From an uncultured virus (IMG/VR IMGVR_UViG_3300023109_000020) (taxonomy: Duplodnaviria > Heunggongvirae > Uroviricota > Caudoviricetes), in IMG/VR virus record IMGVR_UViG_3300023109_000020: a DNA stretch of 20,000 nt; one strand, 5' to 3'. Position numbers and translations under genes: made by a program. Under the pieces are notes generated by a model. That model saw only the letters and a list, made by a program, of their open reading frames with translations, searched no databases and was not told the DNA's origin. This document shows positions 8,404 through 17,444 of the stretch, in pieces (within the stretch, counting starts at the first letter, position 1; every line of letters begins with the position of its first letter).

Positions 8404-9582
8404 TTAGCTAAAGCTAACGTTACCGTTAGTGATAGCAACTTTACCTAGGTAGTCAGCTGCGTTACCAAGCGATGACGCAGTGTTAGTTAACTCAACATAA
8501 CCATAACGTGTCATAAATGATACTGTTGGTTCGAATGTTGATGGATCTAGTACAACGCCTGAGCTCATTAGTGGGATGTATGGGCAATAGAATGCCGCTG
8601 CATCTGATTCACTTGAACCTTTGTAGCCGATTAGTACTGGTGCTGCATCTGATGCATATGTGTTTACATATACTTTCATAGCATTGTTCAATGTACCAAC
8701 CATTTTAGTGTTAGTTGGTGCTTCGAATGTACCTTCAGTTGTACGAGCGAACGCAGAAGTAGTTGCAGACTGTAGGATTGTAAGCGCGAATGGCGATACA
8801 ACTGCCCAGTTACCTGCGCCACGACGTGTGCGCTGTGCAATCAAGTTACTTACGCGGTTGATTTGTACTGCTAGTGCAGCATGCTCATCACCTACGAAAG
8901 TTGCAGTACCACTTACAGCCGCTTGGTTGTAAGTTTCAGCTGCGTTACCTGCTAGCGAAGTAAGAGATCCTAGAACCTCTTGGTCGATCTCAGCAGTAAT
9001 CTCTTGAGCAAGTGCTGCCATGATTTCTGCTTCTACGTCGATACCATGCTGCGACTGTGCGTCTTGTGCAGCTTCGAATGTCCAGCGTGCGCTGAGCTTA
9101 CGAGTTTTAGCTTCGACTGTTTGCTTTAAGATCTGAATTGACATTCTGTTACCAGCTGCGCCTTCTAGTGAAGCTGTTGAAGCTGCACGATCAGTTGCTG
9201 CGTCTCCAGAATAACCTTCTGCAATCTTAAATGGTGAAAGTGCTTCTTCACCTGCTGTCACATCTGTGCCATTTGTGCTGTCGAAACCGTCAGCATAACG
9301 TACACGTAGAGTGTGAATTTGCCCTACTGGGCCAGTCATTGGTTGTACACCAACTAATTCGTTAGCAATGACTGTTGGCATTACACGACGAATAACTGGT
9401 AGGATAACACGGTTAAGTGTTGCGACATTACCGGCGGATGTTGCACCAGCTGTTGCGGATTCTGAAAGATACTTGCGTGTATTTTCCAATGTTGAAGCCA
9501 TTACAGCTTTCTTGTTGCCTTGTAGGCCTTCAAGAAGTGCAGTTTTTGTATCCTGCCAGCGACTTTCTAATAGTTCTGACAT
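8404..9582 (-). CDS. gp23: Major capsid protein (T4 gp23-like)
   Basis: gp23 motifs LVGVQPMTGPVGQI, KQTVEAKTRKLSARWTFEAAQD, EITAEIDQE, FYCPYIPL, FMTRYG. Confidence 0.97.
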   Translation of the reverse strand: MSELLESRWQDTKTALLEGLQGNKKAVMASTLENTRKYLSESATAGATSAGNVATLNRVILPVIRRVMPTVIANELVGVQPMTGPVGQIHTLRVRYADGFDSTNGTDVTAGEEALSPFKIAEGYSGDAATDRAASTASLEGAAGNRMSIQILKQTVEAKTRKLSARWTFEAAQDAQSQHGIDVEAEIMAALAQEITAEIDQEVLGSLTSLAGNAAETYNQAAVSGTATFVGDEHAALAVQINRVSNLIAQRTRRGAGNWAVVSPFALTILQSATTSAFARTTEGTFEAPTNTKMVGTLNNAMKVYVNTYASDAAPVLIGYKGSSESDAAAFYCPYIPLMSSGVVLDPSTFEPTVSFMTRYGYVELTNTASSLGNAADYLGKVAITNGNVSFS

Positions 9583-9592
9583 AATTATCTCC

Positions 9593-10693
9593 TTAATTTA
9601 ATCCAGCTAGACGACGAATGTCTAATACATTTCCGTCATCTGCTTTTGAACTTGAACTAACGTTAGTTTGTTTTTTATTGCCTGTGATTTCTTTGCCTTC
9701 TGCTAGTACTGCCTTCTTCTTCGCTGGAGTTTTACTGTCGATAACTGACGGTAAGTATTTGTCAAAAGACTGTTGTAGCCTATCTGTCTGTACTGATTCC
9801 AGTAAGTCTGTCATAATTTCACGCTGGGCTTTACCTAATGGTGCAACCAAGTCGTTTAATTTTTTTTCTCTCTTAGCAGTCTCTACAAGACGTTGTTTTT
9901 CAACGGTTGCAGTTTCTGCTAGTGTTTTTGCTTTTACAGCAAACGCTTTTGATTCAGCAATCTGACGATCTTTAACAGCTAAAACTTTCATAAGTTTAGC
10001 AGTTTCGGATTTTTCGTTTAGATAGCTGTTTGAATATTCAGAAGCAAAAGCTTCGAATAGTTTGCGACCAAAGTCGTTTGTACGTGCAACTTCGATATCT
10101 TCTTTAAGTTGACCAATTTCTTGTGTAAGTTTTTGTTCAACTGTTTCAGATACAAGAGCAGCACTCTTTGCAACAAATTCTTTTCTAACTGTTGCAAGTT
10201 TTTCTTTAGCTTCTTTTACAAGTTTTACCTTGGTTTCGGCTAAATCCTTTTTATCTTCGTAAAATTCTGCAAGTTCTTTAGCAAGTGATTCTACCACAAA
10301 TTCTTCGAGCTGTGAAAATTTTGTTGCCATTACTTTTTGATCTTCATGAAGTTCTGAAATCTCAGTACCTAACTGTTCCATTACAAAGCCTTTTAGTAAA
10401 TTTGCGTTTTCACGCATCTTAACAGCATACTTTGCTTTTGCTTCAGCTAGTTGTTTGCGATCTTCTGCAAACTCTGAAATTTCTTCAGCTAAACGCTCTT
10501 CAAGCAGTTTATCGATTGATTCAACCATAGTCTGCTTGTCATGCTCGTATTTTTGAGCAAATTCTTCACGAAGTTCAGCAGTAGCAGCACGACGATTCTC
10601 TTGAATCTTCGATTCCCATGCTTCTTCGATTTCGCGGCGCACTTCTTCGTTAACTACATCATTTTCAAAAAGTGTTTTTAGTGCATCCAACAT
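9593..10693 (-). CDS. gp22: Prohead core scaffolding protein (T4 gp22-like)
   Basis: 366 aa E/K/A-rich coiled coil between protease and capsid genes. Confidence 0.85.
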   Translation of the reverse strand: MLDALKTLFENDVVNEEVRREIEEAWESKIQENRRAATAELREEFAQKYEHDKQTMVESIDKLLEERLAEEISEFAEDRKQLAEAKAKYAVKMRENANLLKGFVMEQLGTEISELHEDQKVMATKFSQLEEFVVESLAKELAEFYEDKKDLAETKVKLVKEAKEKLATVRKEFVAKSAALVSETVEQKLTQEIGQLKEDIEVARTNDFGRKLFEAFASEYSNSYLNEKSETAKLMKVLAVKDRQIAESKAFAVKAKTLAETATVEKQRLVETAKREKKLNDLVAPLGKAQREIMTDLLESVQTDRLQQSFDKYLPSVIDSKTPAKKKAVLAEGKEITGNKKQTNVSSSSKADDGNVLDIRRLAGLN

Positions 10694-10707
10694 TGTGTTT
10701 TCTCCTG

Positions 10708-11340
10708 TTATTGGAGTCGACTGATTATATTAATCAGCGATTCTTTTAGATATTTTTGTGCCTTGTCGTCTTGTTTTGTTGCCTGTGCTAATTCGTATGC
10801 CTTATACCCTCCACGGGCATTCATTAGATGCTCGTAAATTGGTGTTGGGTATGCACCAGGGGCGCTAGGCTGAGCCACTACGTCCACAGTGATTATTTCG
10901 AAATCAGAAACTTCATTACTACCGTCTTCTGATACGTTTCCTGAACCTCTAGAACTGACGCCAAGTTTGACGCCAGCTTCTAGCATAGTTTGTACTAACT
11001 GCCCCATTGGGGTTGGTAATATTTTTAATTTTCCATAACCGTTTGGTCCATCCATCCACATATCTGTGATCATATGGCTTACACGGTCTAAATTAATATT
11101 AAGTCCTTCTGGATGATCAACTTCGCCGAGAACACTGTATCCTCCTGATACTTGATCGTTGAGAGTTTTGACAGCCCTACCAATTTCATTTACAGGATAT
11201 ACACGTTGGTTTGCGTTACGCACGCCTCCTTGTATGCAGATGCCCTTCATAAAAAGGTCTTTGCCGCCTGTAGCGTTATCGGTAGACTCAACAACCATGC
11301 CTGCTTGGTCGAATGTCAAATGCTCTCGTAGGTTTTTCAT
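10708..11340 (-). CDS. gp21: Prohead maturation protease (T4 gp21-like)
   Basis: gp21 motifs NANQRVYP, LGEVDHP, LDRVSH, LGVSSRGSG, DVVAQPSAPGAY. Confidence 0.96.
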   Translation of the reverse strand: MKNLREHLTFDQAGMVVESTDNATGGKDLFMKGICIQGGVRNANQRVYPVNEIGRAVKTLNDQVSGGYSVLGEVDHPEGLNINLDRVSHMITDMWMDGPNGYGKLKILPTPMGQLVQTMLEAGVKLGVSSRGSGNVSEDGSNEVSDFEIITVDVVAQPSAPGAYPTPIYEHLMNARGGYKAYELAQATKQDDKAQKYLKESLINIISRLQ

Positions 11341-11360
11341 TCAGTTATCCTTAACGTTGC

Positions 11361-12353
11361 TTACTTAGCGCGAGTACTTACTTTATTAAGTGTGCTACTT
11401 GCGCCTTTGTCAGCACTTTCTGGTTTACCTTTTTTCTCGGCTCCATGTCCAGCTGGGACAGTTTTACCTGCCTTTGCTGCTTTCCCGCCCGGTACATTAA
11501 CATTACCTGTACTCATGTCCTTCGGAGAAGTATCGCTTAGTGCGTTGCCTTTTACTGCACCGCCTGCTGCGCCTGCTTCGCTACCTTCGCCTGTCGTTGA
11601 CTGGTTTAGATTGCTTACTGTACCACCCATGTCATTTTTACCTGCTACTGCTGACTTAGTGCCATTGGTGCCGGTATCACCCATAGATGCTGATACTTTT
11701 TCTACATACTCACGCATTGTTTCAGTTTGTGATTTCTCACCTTCTTCATCGTCAGCTGCTTCTTCAACTTCTTCGTCGTCCGATTCAAAAGCATATGACT
11801 CTTCTTCAGCTTCGTCTTCGTCGCCTTCTTCGTCTTCTTCGCCTTCGTCGTCCATGTCCATGTCCATGTCCATGTCGTCGCCTTCGTCGCCGTCCATCAT
11901 TGAATCAAATTCTGCTTTTAGATCTGCTAATGCATCTTCTAGATCCATAACACGATCTTCAATTTCTTCTTCTTCACCGTCTACTTCTGGTGCTGCATCT
12001 GCATCTGGCATTGCTACGTCCATTTCTAGGTCATCGCCTGCATCGCCACCCATCATTGCATCCATTGGGTCTGCTTCAACTTCGAACTCGTCTAAGTTAA
12101 AACCTTCGTCTAGATCTTCATCTGACTCGTCAACTTCTTCATCGTCTGACTCGTCTAAATCTTCATCTGACTCGTCAACTTCTTCATCAGTAGCTTCTTC
12201 GACTTCTTCGTCGTCCATGTCTGACTCTAGTAGTGACTCGTAAATATCTCTTGATTTTTCAACCACAATCTCGTGGAATAATTCTTCAGCACCTTCACGA
12301 TCTTCATTGATCAAGCGCTCAAGCATTTCTTCAAACTTTTTTGAATCTGCCAT
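11361..12353 (-). CDS. Highly acidic prohead core/internal protein (positional analogue of T4 gp67/gp68)
   Basis: 330 aa, D/E-rich low-complexity centre, G/A/K-rich tail, AGGAG RBS, directly upstream of gp21. Confidence 0.75.
   Translation of the reverse strand: MADSKKFEEMLERLINEDREGAEELFHEIVVEKSRDIYESLLESDMDDEEVEEATDEEVDESDEDLDESDDEEVDESDEDLDEGFNLDEFEVEADPMDAMMGGDAGDDLEMDVAMPDADAAPEVDGEEEEIEDRVMDLEDALADLKAEFDSMMDGDEGDDMDMDMDMDDEGEEDEEGDEDEAEEESYAFESDDEEVEEAADDEEGEKSQTETMREYVEKVSASMGDTGTNGTKSAVAGKNDMGGTVSNLNQSTTGEGSEAGAAGGAVKGNALSDTSPKDMSTGNVNVPGGKAAKAGKTVPAGHGAEKKGKPESADKGASSTLNKVSTRAK
11850..11876. repeat. (GTCCAT)x4.5 coding microsatellite (Asp-Met repeats)
   Basis: Read directly; encodes DMDMDMDMD. 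Confidence 0.85.
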
Positions 12354-12398
12354 TTTTTTCTCCTATAAATGTTTTACCTATGGTAAGGCTGTCAGTTG

Positions 12399-12406
12399 TA
12401 TTTAAC
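12399..12406 (-). promoter_or_regulatory. Late promoter variant GTTAAATA for the core-protease-scaffold-capsid operon
   Basis: Intergenic TAAATAC core as in the other boxes, about 45 nt upstream of ATG 12353. Confidence 0.5.
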
Positions 12407-12462
12407 ATCGATAGTAAAAAGTATGCGAAAATAGGCTCAAAACAAGCTATTTTATAGATGTG

Positions 12463-13182
12463 TTAAGAAATATTGAACATTTTAATAAAATCTTCAATAA
12501 AAATATGTTTTAAGTTGTTAAATTTATTTAGTTCTTGCGGTTGATAATTATCAGGTGCTATAACCCTATAATATTTTATTAACGGATTATTTTTAATAAC
12601 TGTCTGTGTTTGTTTGAGCCAGTTACCATAATATGTTGCAGCATCTGTAGTTTTTTTATAGTTTGGTGTGCTAGCATATACGTTATTAACTCGTTTACCG
12701 TTCTCTAAACCTTTATAATCAAAACCTAAAATAAAGATAGAACTGTTCTGATGTTCGCTTGCTAAATGTAATGCAGTTGGTCCTGAACTCCATCCTTTAC
12801 TAGGCTTAAAATAGTTCAAACCTTCAATGTATTTGTAAGCTTTGTTAGGATTAGTCCATACATTCGGATTGCGTTTTTGATATTCTTTTCGATCAATTTC
12901 TAATATCATTTTAGCATCTACTGCAACTAGATAATCTGGATCAAATTCTCTATACAATGCATTACACCCGTATACTTTTCCAAATTCTTTAAGAGATTCT
13001 AAAGGAATTCTATTACGACTAGTACCATTTCCTAGTACAAATCCATAAGTTTTATTAGTATGTTCGTTAAGAGTTTTTTGTTGAACATTTTTTATTTGTT
13101 CAATAGATTTTTGTCTTCTGCGCTCTGCTAGAAGTGCTTTAGATTGTTGTTTAGTTAACCCAGTCTTATCAACCTTAGGCAT
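12463..13182 (-). CDS. Maf/DUF115 (MptE-like) or sialyltransferase-like Rossmann-fold protein
   Basis: Motifs FVLGNGTSR, VYGCNALYREFDPDYLVAVD, GWSSGPTALHLA, IFILGFD match the GNGxS / GCN / SG..A / LGFD pattern of Maf_flag10/DUF115 and CstII-like enzymes. Confidence 0.65.
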   Translation of the reverse strand: MPKVDKTGLTKQQSKALLAERRRQKSIEQIKNVQQKTLNEHTNKTYGFVLGNGTSRNRIPLESLKEFGKVYGCNALYREFDPDYLVAVDAKMILEIDRKEYQKRNPNVWTNPNKAYKYIEGLNYFKPSKGWSSGPTALHLASEHQNSSIFILGFDYKGLENGKRVNNVYASTPNYKKTTDAATYYGNWLKQTQTVIKNNPLIKYYRVIAPDNYQPQELNKFNNLKHIFIEDFIKMFNIS

Positions 13183-13434
13183 TTAGATGCCGGCGCCTGC
13201 AGCAGATTGAGCAGATATTCCATACATTTGTCGTACAAACTCAAGCTCATTAGCTTGTTCTTTAGTGTGTACATCAGATGCTTTTCTTGCTCGGTTAATC
13301 TGGCGCAGTGTTAGTCTCGACTTTCTAGTGTCAGAACTTTTAACAATAGATGTATCGTACTGAGGCTCGTAAGAATTATCTTCTGTCGGCTCAAGTGTTT
13401 CTTTGTCGTAATAAAAAAGTTCTCTTAGTATCAT
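13183..13434 (-). CDS. Small hypothetical protein downstream of portal
   Basis: 83 aa, abuts the next gene; late box 5 nt upstream of the ATG. Confidence 0.75.
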   Translation of the reverse strand: MILRELFYYDKETLEPTEDNSYEPQYDTSIVKSSDTRKSRLTLRQINRARKASDVHTKEQANELEFVRQMYGISAQSAAGAGI

Positions 13435-13439
13435 GTTAG

Positions 13440-13447
13440 TATTTATG
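13440..13447 (-). promoter_or_regulatory. T4-late-like promoter box CATAAATA
   Basis: In the 15-nt gap between the portal stop and the next ATG. Confidence 0.6.
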
Positions 13448-13449
13448 CC

Positions 13450-15201
13450 TTAGATTGTTTGTTCGCCAGTTGACGCTGCACTGCCGATAGTTTGCCCTGT
13501 TGCAGTTTCTGGTGGTGTGTCCTCGCCGCCAAACTCTGGTTCAACTCCGTCGTCTGCAACATCTTCAGTAGAGCCTAAATCAGCACCGATGCCTGCATTA
13601 CTAATTCCTGCTGTACGCATTTCTCCAGCAGTGTCAGTGTCAGGTGCTCCTAAAGTTTCGTCGTTTTCTTCGCGCCACAGTCTTTCGTTTTCTGCAACTT
13701 CTTCTTGACTCATTCCTAAGAAACGCATCATAGCAAATCTATTTGATACATATGGTATAGCACTCATTTGCGTAAATGTTGGCACACGAGCATTGTCAAG
13801 TTCTGACTGCCTGTAAGCAGCAAAGTTTTGTGGTTCTTGGAATTCTAAATCAAACATCGAAGTATCGATATTAACTCCAACTTCGAGCAAGTAACGTTTA
13901 AAGTCTTGATTAAATTCTTCAACTATTAAACCTTGTAAACGTTCACAATAATTATTAAATCTTAATTCTTGTATATATGCTGTACCTACTCTTCCATCTT
14001 GGAAGCTAGAAGCGCCATCATCGGCGCCTGTGGGTAAGTAGCTACTAGGGATTCGTAAACCACGTACGAGCTTATTAGTAAAATATCTAAGGTCATCAAT
14101 TTCTCCTAGGTTAGTACCGCCCGGTAGTGTTTCAACTTTTGATCCACGTCCTTCAGCAGTTTGTGGGAAAAAGTAATCTTCGTTGATTGACAGTGGATTG
14201 TAAGAACTGTCTATGACATTTTGTCCTCCACCTGTTGACGATGGGATACGTCTTTGATGTATTTCCGTCTTAACACGTTCTACAAATTGCATCGCTAAGT
14301 GCGATGGCATGTTACCCACATCAACGTAGAATACTCTACGCTCTGGCGCTCTTTGAACTCTGTAGATGATAATTGCATCTTCAAGTAATTCTTTTTGTTT
14401 GTAAACTTTAAAAATACTTTCTAGCAAGCTTTGTCCAAACGGATAGTTTTGGTCAAGACCTTCGCTTAGACTTAAATGAACAACATGTTCGGCATCAATT
14501 GCTGTTTCGCCCTCTTCAACATTAAATCTACTGCCTTGTGCTTGATTAGAATTGCCAACCATGCCTCTGCCACTTCCAGTAAAATATCCTGTATTTGGAT
14601 TGCCTGCGCCGGTAATATTTCCAGTTGTTTGAAATGGTGTAGTAGCAACCATATCTCTAAAGTTTAAATTAAAGTCTTTAATAATGTATTGTTCAGGTGT
14701 CTTGCCTTCGCTTTCGTTAACAATAATTCGATTAAGCTTTGCAGGATCAATATGGTACCATTTTTTAGTTTCTGGATCTCGAATAAACAGAGCATCTCCG
14801 TATTTAAAAACATTACGGAATATGCGGAACATGCGTGTTTCAAACTTTTGTGTTTTACACCATTGTTTTAAATATTGACCTAAAATAGTTACTTCGCTGT
14901 TTGTAGCACTTTTAAAATAGTTAAATTTAAAATTAGTTCCGTTTTCGTCATTAATTTGCGTACAAAACTCTGCAAGAATGTCAAGAGCAGCATTTACTTC
15001 TGAATCTTGATCCATTGTGTTATACTGTCCGTAGCGTTCAACTCTGTTCGGCGAACCTACATATACATCTGGTAAATAGGAACTATAATTTGAGCGTGCT
15101 GGCCCAGGTCGAGATCCTGCTGCGGCGCCACTAATTGGTCCGTAAGTACCGTTTATCGAATTATCCGACGATACCGGTGTAAAATATTTTTTCCAACTCA
15201 A
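13450..15201 (-). CDS. gp20: Portal vertex protein (T4 gp20-like)
   Basis: gp20 motifs LLEDAIIIYRVQRAPERRVFYVDVGNMP, EDYFFP, GRGSKVETLPGG, LRIPSSYL, ELRF. TTG start with AAGGAG RBS. Confidence 0.97.
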   Translation of the reverse strand: MSWKKYFTPVSSDNSINGTYGPISGAAAGSRPGPARSNYSSYLPDVYVGSPNRVERYGQYNTMDQDSEVNAALDILAEFCTQINDENGTNFKFNYFKSATNSEVTILGQYLKQWCKTQKFETRMFRIFRNVFKYGDALFIRDPETKKWYHIDPAKLNRIIVNESEGKTPEQYIIKDFNLNFRDMVATTPFQTTGNITGAGNPNTGYFTGSGRGMVGNSNQAQGSRFNVEEGETAIDAEHVVHLSLSEGLDQNYPFGQSLLESIFKVYKQKELLEDAIIIYRVQRAPERRVFYVDVGNMPSHLAMQFVERVKTEIHQRRIPSSTGGGQNVIDSSYNPLSINEDYFFPQTAEGRGSKVETLPGGTNLGEIDDLRYFTNKLVRGLRIPSSYLPTGADDGASSFQDGRVGTAYIQELRFNNYCERLQGLIVEEFNQDFKRYLLEVGVNIDTSMFDLEFQEPQNFAAYRQSELDNARVPTFTQMSAIPYVSNRFAMMRFLGMSQEEVAENERLWREENDETLGAPDTDTAGEMRTAGISNAGIGADLGSTEDVADDGVEPEFGGEDTPPETATGQTIGSAASTGEQTI

Positions 15202-15202
15202 T

Positions 15203-17377
15203 TTATACGCTCCTTAGCATATCGGATCCAATGCTGCCGATGCCTTTTTTAATTTTATCACTTGTGTCTGCATTTCTTGTGTTAACTTGTACTAGCTGTT
15301 CCATCCTTGGAACTAATGTGTTATTTAATGCCTCTTCTAACGGAACTCTCATTTGCGAAGCTAATCTTGACATTGCATTTTCTAACTCCGAAGTACCTGT
15401 TGTTTGCTGCATTTGATCAGACATCTGTGCCGGTATGTTTCTTATTGTATTTAACATTCCGTCCAGAGAACTGCTGTTGTTTGTGAATCCCGATGCCATA
15501 ACCGATTGCATAGTAGCTCGCATTGCACCTAATGCAGAATGTTCAACTATTGATGCCATTTGCTCTGGAGTGGTTACAGATTCAATACCGTGCAACGGAG
15601 TTAATGTTTCTTTGCCAAAATCTTCAAATAGTTTTCCTGTAGTTCCAAGTGTTCCTGTAGACCTACCGTCGTCGCCACCAGTGATTAAATCTACAAAGTC
15701 AGCAATAATACTAACACGGTCAGTGTCTACTCTTAGCAGCTGACTACGACTCTCAAGCATTACTCTTGATTGTTCTAGTAACATTTGTATTTGGGTTCTC
15801 GTTGACTGATCTTCAGGGTCAAAATCACTTGCTGCGTTTGCTAATGCAGCTGAAGTTTCTAATAGTGCATCCGCTCCTGCACGATCAGTATCTTGAATCA
15901 TTGCTGCAATGGCATTTAATTCTGCTTGCCTGTTTTGAGCAGCTCGTGTAAGGGCGTCACCTGCAGGGTCAATATCAGTTACACCACTTGCCCAGCCTCT
16001 TAAATCACTGAGTATATCCTGAAGTCCGCCTGCTAAATTAATACCGTCAAGGTTATTTCTTAATGTCTGCGCTGCTCCCGAAATAGAACCGAATATAAGA
16101 TTTACTGTTTCTTCTTGTGCTACAACAGCAACTTCTCTGCCTTCTCTTAATAAACTTTGTATTTCTTCAAGTACTTTCTGCCCTTGACCGCCTGTCTCAG
16201 TTTGTGACTTAGTTAACTTTCGAAGCATTTCTTCTCGTGTTGCAAGAACATCAGCATTACTAATAAATGCATCGTCAGAAAGGCCGCGCTCTTCTCGAAG
16301 CTGATCTCTAATTGCACTAGCAGACAATGCTAGTGCAGAACTTGAACTATTAGTTAACAGTGTTACCGCGGCACTAGTGTATTCAGTTACTCCTCCTAAC
16401 ATTGCATCTCTTAACAATATCTGATTTTCTCTAATACCCGATGCTGCTGTTATAGCCATATCGCTAGACATACTTGCAAGTGTCTCATTGTTGCCTAACA
16501 AATGACCTCGCATGTCAACTAACGCATCTCTTAGATCCGGCATTGAACGTTGTATCTGTACCATTGCAGGATCGTCAGGGTCTATGAATCCTCGAGTTAA
16601 CATCTGTGTTGCATATCGTTCCATTTCTGGACCCATAGTTTTAAACACACCTAGTGTACTAGTAAGCTCGTCACGTACCTCCTCGTCAATCATTTGAGTA
16701 AATGCAAAAACATCACCTTGCATAGATATTTCGCGCTGCTGTCTAGCTAGTTCGTCTGACTGGATACCTGTAAGCTTTGACAATTTATCAAGATTTTTAG
16801 CATACTCTGCCATGCCACGATTTCGTTCGTTTTCAGTGCGCCTTTCTCTAAAACCAAGAATAGATGTTAATGCATTGTATTCTACTATTCTTTCAGCAAC
16901 TTCATTTACTCCCATTCCTAGTTTTTCTAATTCAAGAAATAATGGATCAAATCCATCGCTTCCTTTTCTAACAAATGATGTAAGTTGTGATAAGAATTGC
17001 TGGGCGCCTTGATCAGTTGTTATTGCACTGCCAGCTAAGAAATTTGAATACTGATCTACAATGTTTACAAATTTTTCCATCTGTAAGTTAGCAGCACCTA
17101 CAGTTGTAATCATGTTATCTAGTTCGTTGCCGAAGTTTACACCTCTAGTAGTAAGATCTCTCCAAACTCCTACATATGCATCTGCACCTTGGAGAGCTTG
17201 ACTAAGACCTGAGCTCAAACCGTCAGCAAACGTTGAAAGTCCCTGCGGAGCACCACGAAGAACATTACCTAATACTGTATTCAGACCACCCAATCCTCGA
17301 TTCAATCGGGCAATTGCAGCACTTTCTCGTTCTCTAGCTGCAATGGCAGCTTCAATGCTTTCTTGTTCTTCGCTCAA
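15203..17377 (-). CDS. Tape-measure-like / gp29-like baseplate hub protein
   Basis: 724 aa helical A/L/Q-rich protein with YAKNLDKLSKLTG and a C-terminal LHGIESVTTP motif typical of tape-measure-like proteins; TTG start with AGGAG RBS; adjacent to the gp26-like gene. Confidence 0.65.
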   Translation of the reverse strand: MSEEQESIEAAIAARERESAAIARLNRGLGGLNTVLGNVLRGAPQGLSTFADGLSSGLSQALQGADAYVGVWRDLTTRGVNFGNELDNMITTVGAANLQMEKFVNIVDQYSNFLAGSAITTDQGAQQFLSQLTSFVRKGSDGFDPLFLELEKLGMGVNEVAERIVEYNALTSILGFRERRTENERNRGMAEYAKNLDKLSKLTGIQSDELARQQREISMQGDVFAFTQMIDEEVRDELTSTLGVFKTMGPEMERYATQMLTRGFIDPDDPAMVQIQRSMPDLRDALVDMRGHLLGNNETLASMSSDMAITAASGIRENQILLRDAMLGGVTEYTSAAVTLLTNSSSSALALSASAIRDQLREERGLSDDAFISNADVLATREEMLRKLTKSQTETGGQGQKVLEEIQSLLREGREVAVVAQEETVNLIFGSISGAAQTLRNNLDGINLAGGLQDILSDLRGWASGVTDIDPAGDALTRAAQNRQAELNAIAAMIQDTDRAGADALLETSAALANAASDFDPEDQSTRTQIQMLLEQSRVMLESRSQLLRVDTDRVSIIADFVDLITGGDDGRSTGTLGTTGKLFEDFGKETLTPLHGIESVTTPEQMASIVEHSALGAMRATMQSVMASGFTNNSSSLDGMLNTIRNIPAQMSDQMQQTTGTSELENAMSRLASQMRVPLEEALNNTLVPRMEQLVQVNTRNADTSDKIKKGIGSIGSDMLRSV

Positions 17378-17403
17378 ACTTTAAACTCCTAAATTCATGT
17401 AGA

Positions 17404-17430
17404 TATAAATAACTGCATAATATATTTATC
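17404..17430. promoter_or_regulatory. Pair of face-to-face late boxes: TATAAATA (+, 17404-17411) and GATAAATA (-, 17423-17430)
   Basis: Perfect T4 late consensus on + and a variant on -, within a 67-bp gap between divergent genes. Confidence 0.65.
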
Positions 17431-17444
17431 TTAGGAACAGGTGC

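Noticed and set aside
11392..12243. 283-aa Ser-rich plus-strand ORF (and 11687-11950)
   Set aside because: Poly-Ser is the reverse complement of GAA/GAC runs in the acidic protein gene.
8660..17012. Short plus-strand ORFs inside gp23, gp22, gp21, gp20 and the tape-measure-like gene
   Set aside because: Overlap well-supported genes on the opposite strand; typical codon-bias shadows.
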